This document shows, piece after piece, positions 15,301-30,300 of a DNA stretch of 64,000 bases; the first letter of the stretch is position 1; each line of letters opens with the position of its first letter. A program made the position numbers and the translations under genes. The notes under the pieces are model-generated. The model saw only the letters and a list, made by a program, of their open reading frames with translations. It was not told where the DNA came from and searched no databases. Origin of the DNA: Nemertoderma westbladi. Its lineage: Eukaryota > Animalia > Xenacoelomorpha. The stretch is taken from assembly GCA_032718475.1 (NCBI GenBank), contig JAUCBJ010007943.1, positions 1 to 64,000 on the forward strand, given 5' to 3'.

Positions 15301-18300
15301 CAGGTTGCTGTGGGCGCCCCTGATTACAGCTTGGTATATTAATGAATGTTTATTTAGTAGGACTAACTGTGTTATCAACTGGGTTTCTGGTGCAAGGCCA
15401 CACTCACCGAGAGGTCCCTAATAGGCCAACATTCTTATGTCATCAAATGTCAAGAATTGTATTTGAAATTCATGATGTTGTTGCATCAGGGCAGGGCAGG
15501 CATAATTTGCTCATGTTATTCTAATATCAGTTAATTATTTTATTAACAATTTGTAATAAAATCATAATGAAATGCAGTGTATATTGTTACAAACGCTCAA
15601 GATATTGTTATGAAATCGCGTTGATCATTGAATCCGAGACATTTAACATTTAGGAGAAATTGAATTAGTTCCCTCCCCATCTACCATCTCTTTGCTGATC
15701 ATGATCAGTTGTGTTATCTGACGTTCGAACCGGACAACCAACTAAAAATTGGTTTTCATTGCACCTGACACCTCATGCTAAAGAAACGAGGTTTTCAATT
15801 GTGAGAGTGCTGATATAAAATGTCACTTTCTATAATCCTGGTCTATCCTTATTCCTTCTCTTTCCTCATGCTTCCGTCGTACAATTGGCCTGATTATCTT
15901 GAGTTGCAACTTCCATGCCCATTCCCACATTCTCATCCCCATAACTCATTAACAATCAGTCCTAAGTCTGTATGCTATTTCCATTCCATCACCCCCCTGT
16001 GTGGTCGTCCATGTTATTCTTTGTTCGTTCGTTAGTCGTCTATTCAAGTTATCCTCCAAGAACAGTGCGATGTATTCCTTGCCCTTGTCCTTGTGATCAG
16101 ATCAGAGAGATGCGGGTGGTTGATTTCCCCAAATACTATTTCATTAAACCAATCTGCCGTCATCTTTATTGCTCGACAATTTGTTGCTAAACATCGAGTT
16201 CCCAAGCTTTTTTCACTCAATTATTGTGATGCTTTTGAAATCAACTTGTCTCCAGCGGCTTCGCCCTATGCCCGCTGGCTCATTATTAGCAAGCATTCTA
16301 TCTCTACAAATAAACTCCCGGTGTGCCGGTGCTTTACGCCAATACGCCGAGGAACGGTATGCGTTTTGGGTTTTTCATTGTAATTGCAAAATTGAGCTGC
16401 TTTCTTTGATTGGAGCCTAAATTAGGTATCTCGCCTGGAGACAGGCCTCAATAACTTATCCGTCATCTGTCAGCCACCTCATTCGGTAGCTATTTAGTCC
16501 GTCTAATGCTTCTTATTCATAGATCGAATTATACATTGCGAGCAACTCAACATAGCATTAGCTAACCGGCTGCCTATAACTACGATTATATAATGATTTA
16601 ATCATTAAAATATCCGCCCGTCCTAATTGCATTTTACATAAACATTAACAATATTTAATGAGAAGAGGTTGACAGGAGTATTGACTAAAATGTCACGTGG
16701 ACAGAGTCATATAATGACCATTAAGGCTGCCCACACCAGATAAGCAAGATGCTAATTGTTTTTGGAACACATAATTGTCCTTCGAATCACTTGCACTAGA
16801 AAATATGTAAGACTCAGAATTAGGATCACTGATGTATGGGGAATATAGATGATATGATGTATTGAGGCAAAATGCAGATGAAATTTCTGGTTATAATATA
16901 ACTTATGAAATAATAAGGATCATATCAAAATAACTGTATATCTTACAATCTACCAGAATAAAGGCATTGTGCGCATTATGCAGCAAATTAGAATTATTTC
17001 CAACTTCCAGATTTTCAATAACTGATATTTCTAGCTAATCTACTAGTATCTACTAGGTAATCTGATTTTAAATGCTATAAAAGGTCGTAATCTCCAGCTA
17101 CAGGACTAACACGCACTCTCCTTAAATCACGTTTTCAGTCATTCAGCTCGAATTACCTTTTTGTGTTATATAATACATTATCTTCACTTTAGGTTAAGAT
17201 ATAATACTCCTCTCAGACATTATAAGTATTGAAGTGGCCTTGCTATGGCGGAAATGACTCCTCATCTCTAGCACAACATACTAGTGCTCAATTTTATGAT
17301 ATCATTGACAGCTTTGAACATTATTATTGCTTTATCATCACTGACAGCTCGCTTGCTGCAAGCATCAATTATTATCTTTAGAAACTCCGACCTTGGAATT
17401 TATTTTCTTCACTTCATCAAAGTTCCATTGGGTAGCAATTCCCTTAATTCCCTCGGAGCCCCCTTCATAATATAGTTTTCCCAAGGCCAAGCCAACTCAA
17501 TTACTCCCGCACCCGTACAACAGTAATGCATTGTCCTTACGGGAATGCTAATTAATTAATTTTCCAAGCTATTCTGCAGTAATTTATTGCGACACATCTA
17601 AAATCCCATGAGTTAGTTTGCGCTTGCGTTGATGTTATTCTCTCCATGCGCCACCCATCCGTGGGTGACACGAGGCTTTATCCGCACCAACAATTTCATT
17701 AAGGACTCCTGTTTTCTTCCATTATACCTATCAACCTACCTTAATCTAACTCCCAAGCTTAGTTCCATATGTCACAACTAATTTAGCCTAATGCACCGGA
17801 TTGCACACTCTGTTTTATCCAAATATTTTGAGTTGATTGGAAAAAATATTAGGCCTACCTAGAGGCATTCGTTTTCGCATAACTTAACAACATTCGAGAC
17901 AGGGGGGGGGGACTGGACGCAAAACCCGCCTTGGCGAATTAATATCCCGCCTCAATGTTAAATTCTCAATTTAGGGAAAGGAGCAGGTTACAGTGGCACG
18001 TTATTTTAACCAAAACAATAAACTAAACACAATAGAACAGGTTAGAGTTTTATTTTTAAGTGTAATCAGCTGTATTTGCGTAGAAATTTCCCCTGGAGAG
18101 GGATGAATTTTTATTGCGTCCAGTTTCCCCCCCTATCTGTAACATTCAGAATATTACTTTCCCTGTCGAATCTATCCAATCATAACAGAAACTTCCACTG
18201 CACCATACCCATAATCATCATTACTATATTTAATCACAGTCTCAACTTCGGTGTCACTGCTGATACGATACCATATGATATCTCCTCAAGATCTGCAAGA

Positions 18301-21300
18301 GTGCAAACCAAATACTGTGGCTTTCGTCAGCCCTCAAGTGGAGTCAACCAAAGCAGAATTACAAGTTCCCAAGATAGTGATCTACCGAGTTTTGGCTGTT
18401 CAGTTGGCTGTAGCTTGTTGTTGTTGCTTCTTGATAGTACTGAATGTGCTTTCTAACAGCGATTCTAGTGTGGCTTGTTCCAAGCTGAGCTTTTGGCTTT
18501 TTATGCATTCAAAATTAGTCCACATCCAAGGGAAAATCGCCTCAAATAACAGCTGATTACTCCCAAAAATAAAACTTAAACATGGTTTATAGTCCTTAGT
18601 TTATTGTTTTAGAAAATAACGTGCCATTGTAACCTGCTCCTTTCCATTAATTTCTTATTTAAAATTGAGACGAAATACTGATTAGTTGTTAATGTTAAAT
18701 ACATTTCGTAATATTTTTACCAACTTATTATATTATTTTGTTTTTTTTTAGCTTACAAACCTCGAATAACTACTCAGCCTCAATCCGTTGACATTGCCGA
18801 AGGCGACCCCTTTACCTTGTACTGCCGGGCTACCGGTAGTCCAATGCCTACGTTACATTGGTTGAAAAATGAGGTCCCATGTGAGTTCAATATCAACAAT
18901 CACTTATCCCATTACCGCCTAAATATTTATTTCTTGTCCTTCACTAATAGTAATATGAATAAAGATTAGCTACCGATATAAACGACTTTTCTTTCTATAG
19001 TGGACTTTAAAAGTGTCGACACCCACTACACCTTGATACCAAACGAAGGTCTGTTTATTGTGGCAGCCATTCAATCCCGACCAAACAAAAATATTGTTGG
19101 CGACGACGGAGTCTACCAATGCGTAGCAGCGAACAGCGCTGGTGTCGACTACAGCGAGAAGGCGACTATACGGGTCTCAAGTGAGTTGGATTATTTATTG
19201 TACGTAATGTCGTTTGATTGTTAATTCCTTGTCCAACTTGTAGATTCATGTCTAACAACTGTAGGAAACTATATTATATATTTCAATAGTTGTAATATAG
19301 AAATATTCCAACTTCAGCTCTCCCCCCATCCCAGGGCCCAATAAATCTTTCATTTCATGGGGCCTTCGCGCAGAACGAAGTATATGGGTACCACTATTTC
19401 AACAGTTGCTTAGTCGCCCTCTAGCGCGAGACTGGAGAACTGTTAACCCCCGCACCCCATGCGAATTCTCGCAAATTCTCAGACTTTCGGCAGACTACAT
19501 TTGCTCCAAATTTGATTTAATTTCATTGACTAGTTACTATAGTTACTAGTTACTAGCTAGTTAGTGACTAGTTATAGCCTTCACTTCAAACATTAGGCGG
19601 GATAATACAAACTTGCAGACAGTCCGAGGAGCAGACCGATTGACCGACAGACTAAGCTCGCCGACTTATTCGTTTGCCCCTCAACCGCAGAATGTGTCAG
19701 ATTATCGACTGACTCTGTCCTGGGCGGCGTATTGCGGTGCTTTTCTATTTCACGTAATAGTGTACACTCTATGGCTCCTTGACAAACCAGTACTTGTGTT
19801 CGGTCTATTGCCATATATGCGACGCTATGATGCATGCATAATGCTTCCCCCTGGCGCAATCTAAACCATTTAAACCTTTAAGGTTCCCTCCCACTGCACT
19901 TATTGATGTAAACCTTGTAGCTGATATATTATAGACCTACCGGCACATTTGTGTCTGACGTGTTGACCTCGCAACTGTCTGCTCTGTTACATGTCCTCAC
20001 TCTTTGTAACTTGTAAATTTAGCCGAAGTACACGGTTCTTTTAATCCGTTTAACTCAACCCTCCCCGAGGAATCGCTGGTTTCTGGGATTATGTCTTTAG
20101 CTAACTATCCGATTACTGAAGCTTGTCGCGTTTGTTCCTCCAGATTGGTCGGAGTTAAACCACCAGACTGTCCCCGTCCCATCATCACTGGTAGACTTTA
20201 TTAGGCCTTATTATATACTAATAAAAATTTGTCTGCACATCAATGAGGTTGAGTTGAATACAGGGATGGGGATGGAAAGATGAGACACTTTTACTTTTAC
20301 GTGCGTGAATGGATTGCTCATCTCTTAAGTCGTTGATATGTTACCAACTCCCCTATTGATATTCAGTACTGAAAAGGGATGGGATACTGGATAGGGATAA
20401 TGTTCGGCTTACTTCATTTAATTATCTGTGAGCTTCAATTGAAGTGATGCGTTGGTGATGGGGGGGGGGGGGGGGGGGGGGTGGTGTTTAACTGTGAAGG
20501 TCTGAAGTTTTTTACTTTTTCAATGTTTTTTTTATGCGATTATAAATTTTTAAGAGATTGTAAATAAATTGGTAAATTACCATAAAGAATATTTTTCATT
20601 GGAATTTATAGTTCTCAACGCTGCTCCAACGACCGACAACCGATATGAACAGGTTACAGTGTCACGTTGTGCTAACCAAAACAATAAACGAGAATCAGAG
20701 GGCAAGTTCCAGTTTAATTTTTGTTCACGGTTGTGTTTTTCGGCTCTCGGTTGTCTGCGTCGAATTTACACCCGCAATTTATTGTTTTTGCGCGGTGTAA
20801 AATGATAGCTGAAACTCAAACTGTTGCTAATGTATTATATGGCGTTATATAGGCCGGCCGTGCGTGTATTGTGTTGTATAGTTGGTCCCTTATGTCTTAC
20901 TAAACTTACCTCGGATTTTACCCTCCGCCATGCCATTATGCCCTTTAATTTATGGCCAGGCACATAGCCTCGTTTAACATTGCCACTGGGCGGCACTTTT
21001 GCCGCCTAGTTTAATTAATATGCCGCCCAGTCAAGCCAGGAATGCCTTCAAAAATTGAATCAAACTATACTGATAAATAAATTAAAAATAGTTCGTTTAA
21101 TCTTTATGCACTAAACTTTGTTCCACAACATTCTAAACGTTGTTAGTTTAACCGCTGTCCTATCCTAACCTTTTTTCCTCAGATAGTTTAACCGCTGTCA
21201 TATTACTCAGTTAGTTTATCCGCTATCCTAACCGTTGTTGTTTCTCAATTAGTTTATCCGATGTCCTAACCTTTGTTCATCAGTTAGTTTAACCGGGTTT

Positions 21301-24300
21301 CTAACCTTTATTCCACAGTTAGTTTAATCAGTTAGTATAACCGCTGTCCCCTTTGTTCCTCAGTTAGTTTAACCGCTGTCTAACCTTTGTTCATCAGTTA
21401 GTTTAACCGGGTTTCTAACCTTTATTCCACAGTTAGTTTAATCAGTTAGTATAACCGCTGTCCCCTTTGTTCCTCAGTTAGTTTAACCGCTGTCCTAACC
21501 TTTGTTCATCAGTTAGTTTAACCGGTTTTATAACTTGTGTTCCTTAGTTAGTTTAACCGCTGTCCTAACCTTTGTTCATCAGTTAGTTTAACCGGTTTTA
21601 TAACCTTTGTTCCTTAGTTAGTTTAACCGCTGTCCCAACCTTTGTTCCTCATTTAGTTTAACCGCTGTCTAACCTTTGTTCATCAGTTAGTTTAACCGGG
21701 TTTCTAACCTTTATTCCACAGTTAGTTTAATCAGTTAGTATAACCGCTGTCCAAACCTTTGTTCCGCAGTTAGTTTAACCGCTGTCCCAACCTTTCCTTT
21801 GTTCCACAGATAGTTTAACCAATGTGCTAACATTTGATCCTCATCAGTTAGTTTAACCGCTGTCCTAACTTTTGTTCATGAGTTAGTTTAACCGCTGCCC
21901 TAACCTCTGTTCCTCAGTTGTTCCTCTTCTCAGTAGTTTGACCTTCATTTCATAACCTACTTTGCATTAAGAATATGTGCCGCCCAGTGAAAAATGCTTA
22001 AAAGAGGCTATGGCCAGGCAGCTCACCTATTCATGCGTATGTGCTAATCCTCCCTTATCCATTTATAGAAAAAACGTTTTAAATATGCACGGTCCAGGTG
22101 AAGTAGATGTTGGAGCTTGGCCCCGTTTGCAGTCGTGCATATAGTAGTAATATAAACCGGCAAGTAATGCACCCGGAGTACCGTACTCCGTTACCCTCCT
22201 CCCCACACCGCCACTGCCATCCCGACCTACATATGTGTGAGTCGCCGATACGAGAAATGGATTTGACTAATTGTGACTAAAAATATTTTGCCCTAGCTCG
22301 CTCGCCCTATACTAGTAGTAGCAGTAGTAATAAGTTAAGTATACTGATAACTTTCTGGGAAATTCGGCGATGAAGCAACTAAAATAAAGATGTGCGTTTG
22401 ATCAGAACACCTTCACTCGTAGTACAAAGTTTGCCATCAATATCACCTGTATAAAAATGGTATTGATTATTGCTATTGTCATTTCGAGGCATTGTTCAAG
22501 GTTCAGGGTCATGTGTTCATTTCAATTATTTGTACTTTTAATGACAATGCATGTTACTGGCCTTTCCAACGAGTCACTTCTATAGTGATCCAGGGCATCG
22601 GATCAATGTTGTATCATACCTCAGTACACCCACCATTGTTCGGGTTTGTCTACAGTCGGTATAATTGACCTACATGCAAACGAAATGTCAATACGAAATC
22701 AATTTCATTCAGTCGGCTAATGGCTATTTTTAGTACGATTTCCTATGTCTTCTGTCTGGTTACTGTAGGTTTCATAAGAACATCGCCCGGTTTACATTTA
22801 CCTACAGGCCTACCGCGTATTGTTAGGAAGCAAACAATTGGAGGTTGGTGGTGACAGGATGGGATGCAAGATAGGGATTGTCATACCAGTAGGTGTATAG
22901 AGATAGCTATTGTTGCTCATATCCAATGAATCGCTGCAGGTAGGGGCGTATAGGAAAGGTCGGGGAGGCCTTGAAATGGGCCTATGTGTGGCTCTGTTTG
23001 AGTGTATAAGGGGGGGGGGGGGGGTGGGGTGTTGTGGGTGGTGGGACTGTGCCGTGTGCGGTGGGGGTGGCCAGTAGCAGCATGGGGTTGTTGGCTTATC
23101 GCTTAACCCCTGCGGCTGTGGCCTGAGGGCTGGGTTCCTGGGCACTAACACGAATGCATCCTGTGAGGGCCCAGGTGTGGCACTGGGTTTTCCTCCCCTC
23201 TATTTACGGGCAGGCCGTCGTGCTTTAGGCCTATTACCAAGTTTTAATCTTTGAAAAGACAAACATGACATACAAATACAGCAGTGATCGCTCATATTTG
23301 ACAGATATAGGTAGTGGTAGGGGAGATGACTCATACAATCGGATCCGTTTCTGAAGCTTTAAGATTAGCGGTAGTGATCTAAGACATAAGAATTAATTTA
23401 TGCGAATATTTCTCTAGCTGGCCTTGTCAACATCCATCCTCTCTAATGCAGTAACACAATTTGGTTCAATGGCGTTGTATCAATTATTATGAGTCCGCTG
23501 AGCTTGAGATTCAATTTCTGTGTGGTATTTCAGAGTCCCATGAGTGTCGTTATATATCCCGTGCATTGGGGGCCCATTTATGTCTTTCGAGCGGGCATCA
23601 GATTACCGTGATACAATGAACAATTCACATGTATGTACAGCTATTCGCGCAATTTCCAAACTTTACTTTTTCTAGCGTATAATAATTATACCGCAGCATA
23701 TATACGTGCCACGTGCTGATACGGTATTCCTGCTCTAGAATTACGTTAACCACCGGCCAGAGGATAGTAAATAGTGCCGTGCCGTGTCGTGTCGTATTTC
23801 ACATCATCTCTACGTGGGTGAATGGGCGGGTTGGTACGGGTAATACCGCCCTCTCTCTTTATATAATACAATCACAATGGATCTACTAAAACTACATGAC
23901 ATATTTCAGCATCTATTATAGCTCATTTGCTCATTAGTGTGTGAATCTAACATATTTATTTAGATGCGTAATAATATTAATTTTAATTAACTAATTTTTC
24001 TCAGTGACTCACTGTTCTACGTCGTACGCGGGCCAACCGACACTTTAGTCTATAAGAACTTCACTTTAATAAGTAGCCTATTTAATTAAATACGTTGATT
24101 TTGTTAAATATTTCAGTGTTTTGGTGTGGAATCTATATTTAGAAACTTCCTGTCTACTTAAATGATAAAATTTTCCATCATTTTCTATGCAATATGTTTC
24201 CTTCCTCAAGTACTACAATTACTGCTTTAAAAAGATAATGATGTAATAGGGCGTTGTTTCAGTGTAATCAGGATGTGTCCTTCATAACCCTGATGTTCTA

Positions 24301-27300
24301 AATTCCAAGGTATAATAATAATATCTCCCAATTTTAATTTTTTTCTTCAAAATCTTGAGGAAATTCACAAATTTCGATGCTATTGTATAACGTAATTGCA
24401 CTGAATTTTAGTTTTCCCATTAATTGTGCGGCTTTATGCCTTCCGTCTCCTAGACAATTGGAAAACATTCATTTTTACCTGCATTTTAGTTGTTATATTT
24501 CACTTTACAGTTAACTCTGTGATATAATTTCTTGCTTATGTATAAGGGGTTTATTTGACTTATTTTAATGAACAAATGAGTAAGTCTTATTTTGAAGCTG
24601 CTGGGATTTAACATATGGTGCTCCACCGAGCAATTGGCTCTGCTGCTTCAAGATTTGCACTACCATTCTCCCCCCCCCCCCCCCCCCCCCACACACACAT
24701 CCCTCCTTCCCCTTCACTGTGATTGACTGGACCAAGAAATTCGGTAGATTGCAGAGGAACTGTCTTTGCGTCCCTCGGATCAATAGTTCTTTGCATAATT
24801 TGGGAATTAAGCTAAGGATAAGGAATTGGGGGTTATATAGGGGTCCCATTGAACTGGATAATCCGTCTGGAATTCCTCTGCTGTTTCAAGGGAATGGGAA
24901 TGACACAATATGTGTTGGAGTGTTGAGAAGAAGCAGTACACTCCAGTGGTTCCATCATGTGGGAATAATTTACTAACAACAGCCCTATGCACTGGACACA
25001 TTCATCACATAGTTGGTCATGCGTGAAGCCATTTATTTGCTGCTGTTTATGCATTGCGGTAATATAATTCCAACATTATTTTGTCTGTATGAAATGGTAT
25101 GGTTTAGGTTTACTAAGTGGTTTTCTAAAGAATTATATCCAAGGCAGGTGCATAGCTTCAGCCTGAAGAGTAGCTTGTGCTTGTCCGTCCTGTGTGTGTG
25201 CACTGTAAAGTCCATGTTGTAGTTAACAGATAGTCCAAATAGCTTGTCATCATCTAAGGGGATAGGTTATACATACATACATTCCTATTACTATATAGAA
25301 GTCCCACCCCCAGGGGATAAACTGTTTTGCTTAAGGTAAAATAACAATGTTAGTTAACTACTATGTGCTAGCTTATAATTCATTTATCTACTCAGTAACC
25401 TGTTATGTGGTTTATATTTTATTTCAGAGTCTAAAAACCAACTATATTTCCCTTCCGTTAGGTCTGAAGCTTGACTTCCGAACGGAGCCCAGCCAGGTGA
25501 CCGCAGCTGTGAACTCGCGAGCCGTACTCCGTTGTACGCCCCCTAGAGGAATTCCCCCGCCCTCGGTTCACTGGGAGAAGGATTCGATGAAAGTCAATAC
25601 CGCAGATAACAATCGAATGCAGGTTCGTTTATTCGATATGTTTTATTTTCAATTGAAACACTGCCGCTGTAACCTGCTCCTTTCCCTTAATATAAAAAGT
25701 AAAAAAATACACTAAAGTCGGTTTTTTCAATTCCTTCTTACTCACTTACTCTTACTCTTACTGTAATATGACATGTCATATCATCATAGTACGCCAGTTT
25801 CCAATTTGTTTTTTAGTAAGCACTCTTATATTGTTACGCGTTTACATTATACCTACTTACAAAGTTCTCAACCAGTTCCTTGCATAATATTCACTTACAC
25901 CGCACAGAAAACTTCGCCGTGTTAACAAAACTTGTAGAACTCATAGTGTATGGTTTGTAATATTGAATCCATATTATAAATTCGTAATTGAATGGCCTAC
26001 CTGTATTAGTGAGTATCACCCTGCAGAAACTGCTTCTCAGAGACCATTCTGTATGCACGACATCATGTTCCTCTATGTTCCTTTATTAACGCAGATATTC
26101 ATGGCTATCCTGGGTGGGTATATATATTATACAGTTGAGTATATTTAGTTGAGGTAGACATGGATATTCGCGATATCAATGGAATTATATGGATTATTTC
26201 TTATAAAATACCATCATGTTTGTCTCGCTTTTTCCTTATCATAATTTATATGCGATTACGTGATTTAGTAAATTAATTCCGTTAGAAATTCAAAAGATTT
26301 TCTGTATTATTTTACGTATGTTTTAGTTTAGAATGGGAATCTCTAAATTTGTTTTTACCGTATGTTTAATTCAGTTTCTTTGCTTTAATTTTATCGATTT
26401 GGTAATTTCCTTTGAGTTTTATATCGATAAACATCAAAGTAGTATTATACCTGATGACAGCTGATGTTAGGAAATTCCTTGATAATATTTAATCCTACAG
26501 AGGGAAATAAGGAACCGAGATAATTTCAAACGTAGTTTATAAGCAGGAAGGAACCTCAATGAATAATAATCCTTTGTTATGAAATGGTTAAGCCTGTGTC
26601 TAAGACCAAGAAGATCTAAAAATATAACCTAATACTCTAATAGTAAATTTGTACATGTAAATATTTGATATACAATTTGTATAATTAATTTATGTATATC
26701 GCTGCTACAACTGGTGCCTAATGAATGCTCGATATTCGCGGACGGATTGTTATGTGGGGCGAGCCACGAAGTTGGCGGAGCCTTAGCGAATTGACACTGT
26801 TAGGGGGTGGGTCAATTTATGCAAATAGTTGTCGTCGTCGTCGTCGTCGTTGTCGTCGTCGTCGTCGTTGTCGTCGTTACGATTTTGACATGCTAATAAC
26901 TTTGTCGGATTTAAAGCTGCCAAGTTGAAAATTTGTAGGTATCAATATGAGCAAAAGTTGAGATTTTTGAGAGACTTTCAGACACCATCAGTGCAATGGT
27001 CTCCCGCTAGAGGGCCACATGTCTAAACATTAAATGCCCTCCCATTTCTTTGCTTTTAATCCGTTTAAGCTGAAACTTGGCAGATATGTATTAGACCATT
27101 AGCTGTGACTTTCAAAGGAGGCGAATCCATCTGCAGTTCTCCAGTCTGCCGCTAGAGGGCCAAAGGTCTGAAAGTGAAATCGTTGTCGTCGTTACGATTT
27201 TGACATGCTAATAACTTTGTCGGATTTAAAGCTGCCAAGTTGAAAATTTGTAGGTATCAATATGAGCTAAAGTTGAGATTTTTGAGAGACTTTCAGACAC

Positions 27301-30300
27301 CATCAGTGCAATGGTCTCCCGCTAGAGGGCCACATGTCTAAACATTAAATGCCCTCCCATTTCTTTGCTTTTAATCCGTTTAAGCTGAAACTTGGCAGAT
27401 ATGTATTAGACCATTAGCTGTGACTTTCAAAGGAGGCGAATCCATCTGCAGTTCTCCAGTCTGCCGCTAGAGGGCCAAAGGTCTGAAAGTGAAATCGTTG
27501 TCGTCGTTACGATTTTGACATGCTAATAACTTTGTCGGATTTAAAGCTGCCAAGTTGAAAATTTGTAGGTATCAATATGAGCTAAAGTTGAGATTTTTGA
27601 GAGACTTTCAGACACCATCAGTGCAATGGTCTCCCGCTAGAGGGCCACATGTCTAAACATTAAATGCCCTCCCATTTCTTTGCTTTTAATCCGTTTAAGC
27701 TGAAACTTGGCAGATATGTATTAGACCATTAGCTGTGACTTTCAAAGGAGGCGAATCCATCTGCAGTTCTCCAGTCTGCCGCTAGAGGGCCAAAGGTCTG
27801 AAAGTGAAATCGTTGTCGTCGTTACGATTTTGACATGCTAATAACTTTGTCGGATTTAAAGCTGCCAAGTTGAAAATTTGTAGGTATCAATATGAGCTAA
27901 AGTTGAGATTTTTGAGAGACTTTCAGACACCATCAGTGCAATGGTCTCCCGCTAGAGGGCCACATGTCTAAACATTAAATGCCCTCCCATTTCTTTGCTT
28001 TTAATCCGTTTAAGCTGAAACTTGGCAGATATGTATTAGACCATTAGCTGTGACTTTCAAAGGAGGCGAATCCATCTGCAGTTCTCCAGTCTGCCGCTAG
28101 AGGGCCAAATGTCTGAAAGTGAAATCGTTGTCGTCGTTATGATATTGACATGCTTATAACTTTGTCGAATTTAAAGCTGCCAAGTTGAAAATTTGTTTTG
28201 TTGAAAATCAGTTCAACAGTCACCCGCTATAGGACTACTTTATGCCTGAAAGTGAATAGATTCTCCCGTCTCATTGATTTTAATCAGTTTAAGCTGAATC
28301 TTGCCATATATTCTGGACCACATGCTGCGTCTTTGTGGGGGGGGGGGGGAGATTTAATCGGTCTGCCGCTATACGACGAAATTTCTGAAAGTGAGATCCG
28401 TCTCTCATTTCGTTATCCGTTATTCAAGATGAAACTTGGCCGATGTACGTATGTACTATTCATCCATAGGCTGTGTCTTTGTGGGGCTGGAGACCCTAAT
28501 CCATCTTCAGTTCTCACTATACCGCTAGAGTCAGAAATGTCTGAATAGAAATGAAAGAGGTAAAAAGTGATTAGGCGAAATCTGCTTAAAATTTGCTAAT
28601 ACAGTAATACTTTCGAATTAGTACTTAAATTAAATTTAAGTCACGTGCTGCGCGAAGGCCCCACTTCGTGTTATCTTTTATGTTATCGCCCAATGTTATT
28701 AGGGTGGCGAGATTTAATCATTGTAAAAATAATTTGTGTTTTAATATTTTACAACTTTATCTAGAAATTTCAATAAATTATTATTTTATGTTTTCTTAGG
28801 GATTTTCTCATCTTGACTTAATTTAAATCAAACATGTTTGTGTCACCAACTGTGTTATTTTAAGGTGTTTCTCGAGACTCAATGACACTTGGTTTGGATT
28901 TTAGCAGATGTTTCTTGTTTCGTTGGCATTTCTGTTGAGTTTGGTGGTCCGTAGATTTGAATGGGGACGACAATCTGTCAGTTATAAGTCTCTCATGGCT
29001 TCAATAAACATTCTGCCTATCACTGGTTCTAATAACAACATTGATTAAATTGAAAACAATCGGTCATTGAATTTATGTACACATAGTGGTAGGGGGTGAC
29101 ATCTCAAGGTAGATTTTATATGTGTATGTTGGCCATTGATACCAAATTAATTCCAATGACGCTTATTTTTTTTGACTTATTAAAAAAAAATGACTAAGCT
29201 AAAATATTTTTTTAAACGATTACTGCGCGTTTTTTCAACAAACGACTAGATGAAGGAACATTGAAATGAAAACCCCGATTTGGCATATTTTTGGTCTCTC
29301 GTGTGTGGTTTCGAGAAATTAAGTCATTGTTTCTACAGGGAGATGTTCGGTTTTCTCACTGAGGCTTGGACTGACGTGGATATACGACGATATGAAGTTG
29401 TGTTGTTTAATTTAACAATTATATACAAACTCAAAGTTATTTCCGTGCATCACCAACAATCCGAAATATCTAAACACAGACGGCATATAATTTATCCTTC
29501 TGTTTAAATCTTTTATTTTGTTGAAATGTCGAATAATATAGACAAAATGTATGGTAGACGTGCACCCTGGATCCCTGCGTGTAGAATGAACTAATTCTAA
29601 CCGGGAGAGAAATGATTGTATTTCCCCTGAAATTGTGTGAAAATCTTTTTTATTTAAGTATCAACATGTTAACCTACCGGGAAAGTCCAGTTCCACAAAA
29701 GTAACAACAGGAAATGGGAACCCACAGTGTGACCGTCGGAACACAACAAACTATTGCACACAGCTTGCGGTTTCTATTTACAACGTATTATTTTTTGTTT
29801 ACAGTAATAATACAGACCATATTGACGTGTTGAGAAAATTAGTTTTCCTAGTACAGTATATAATGTAATTGTATTACCATTCGCAGTATTGAGAGGCACA
29901 TAACTGGTGTGTTTACCTGTAGCACCAGTGTACAAATCATGATTAGCTACTACGAATTGAAAATCCAGTGTTTTTTAGTAGTTTTAGTAGGATTTAGTAG
30001 ATACAGGTGATGGACGATTACAACACTAACGTGGATTGTTATGGGTTTAGAGGTGGTCAATTTATAGTAATCTATTGCCTTAATGAAGTCATTGTCATTT
30101 TATGATAATTGACGTTTTACGACATATTGACTAATGGGGGCTTGGTATATATATATATGTCCTGATCCTATGTTTTTTGTTAGTTTGTGGTGTGTCAGAT
30201 TCTAGTGTTTTACCCATAGATTTCATTGTCTTTTTGATCATTTTGCATGGAGAAGGGCGCATTTTACATGTTCATTGTCGTTCATGATGGTTCATGAACC

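Noticed and set aside
23090-23280. Possible SINE-like segment with an A-rich tail
   Set aside because: No clear A/B boxes or TSD, and no second copy in the window.
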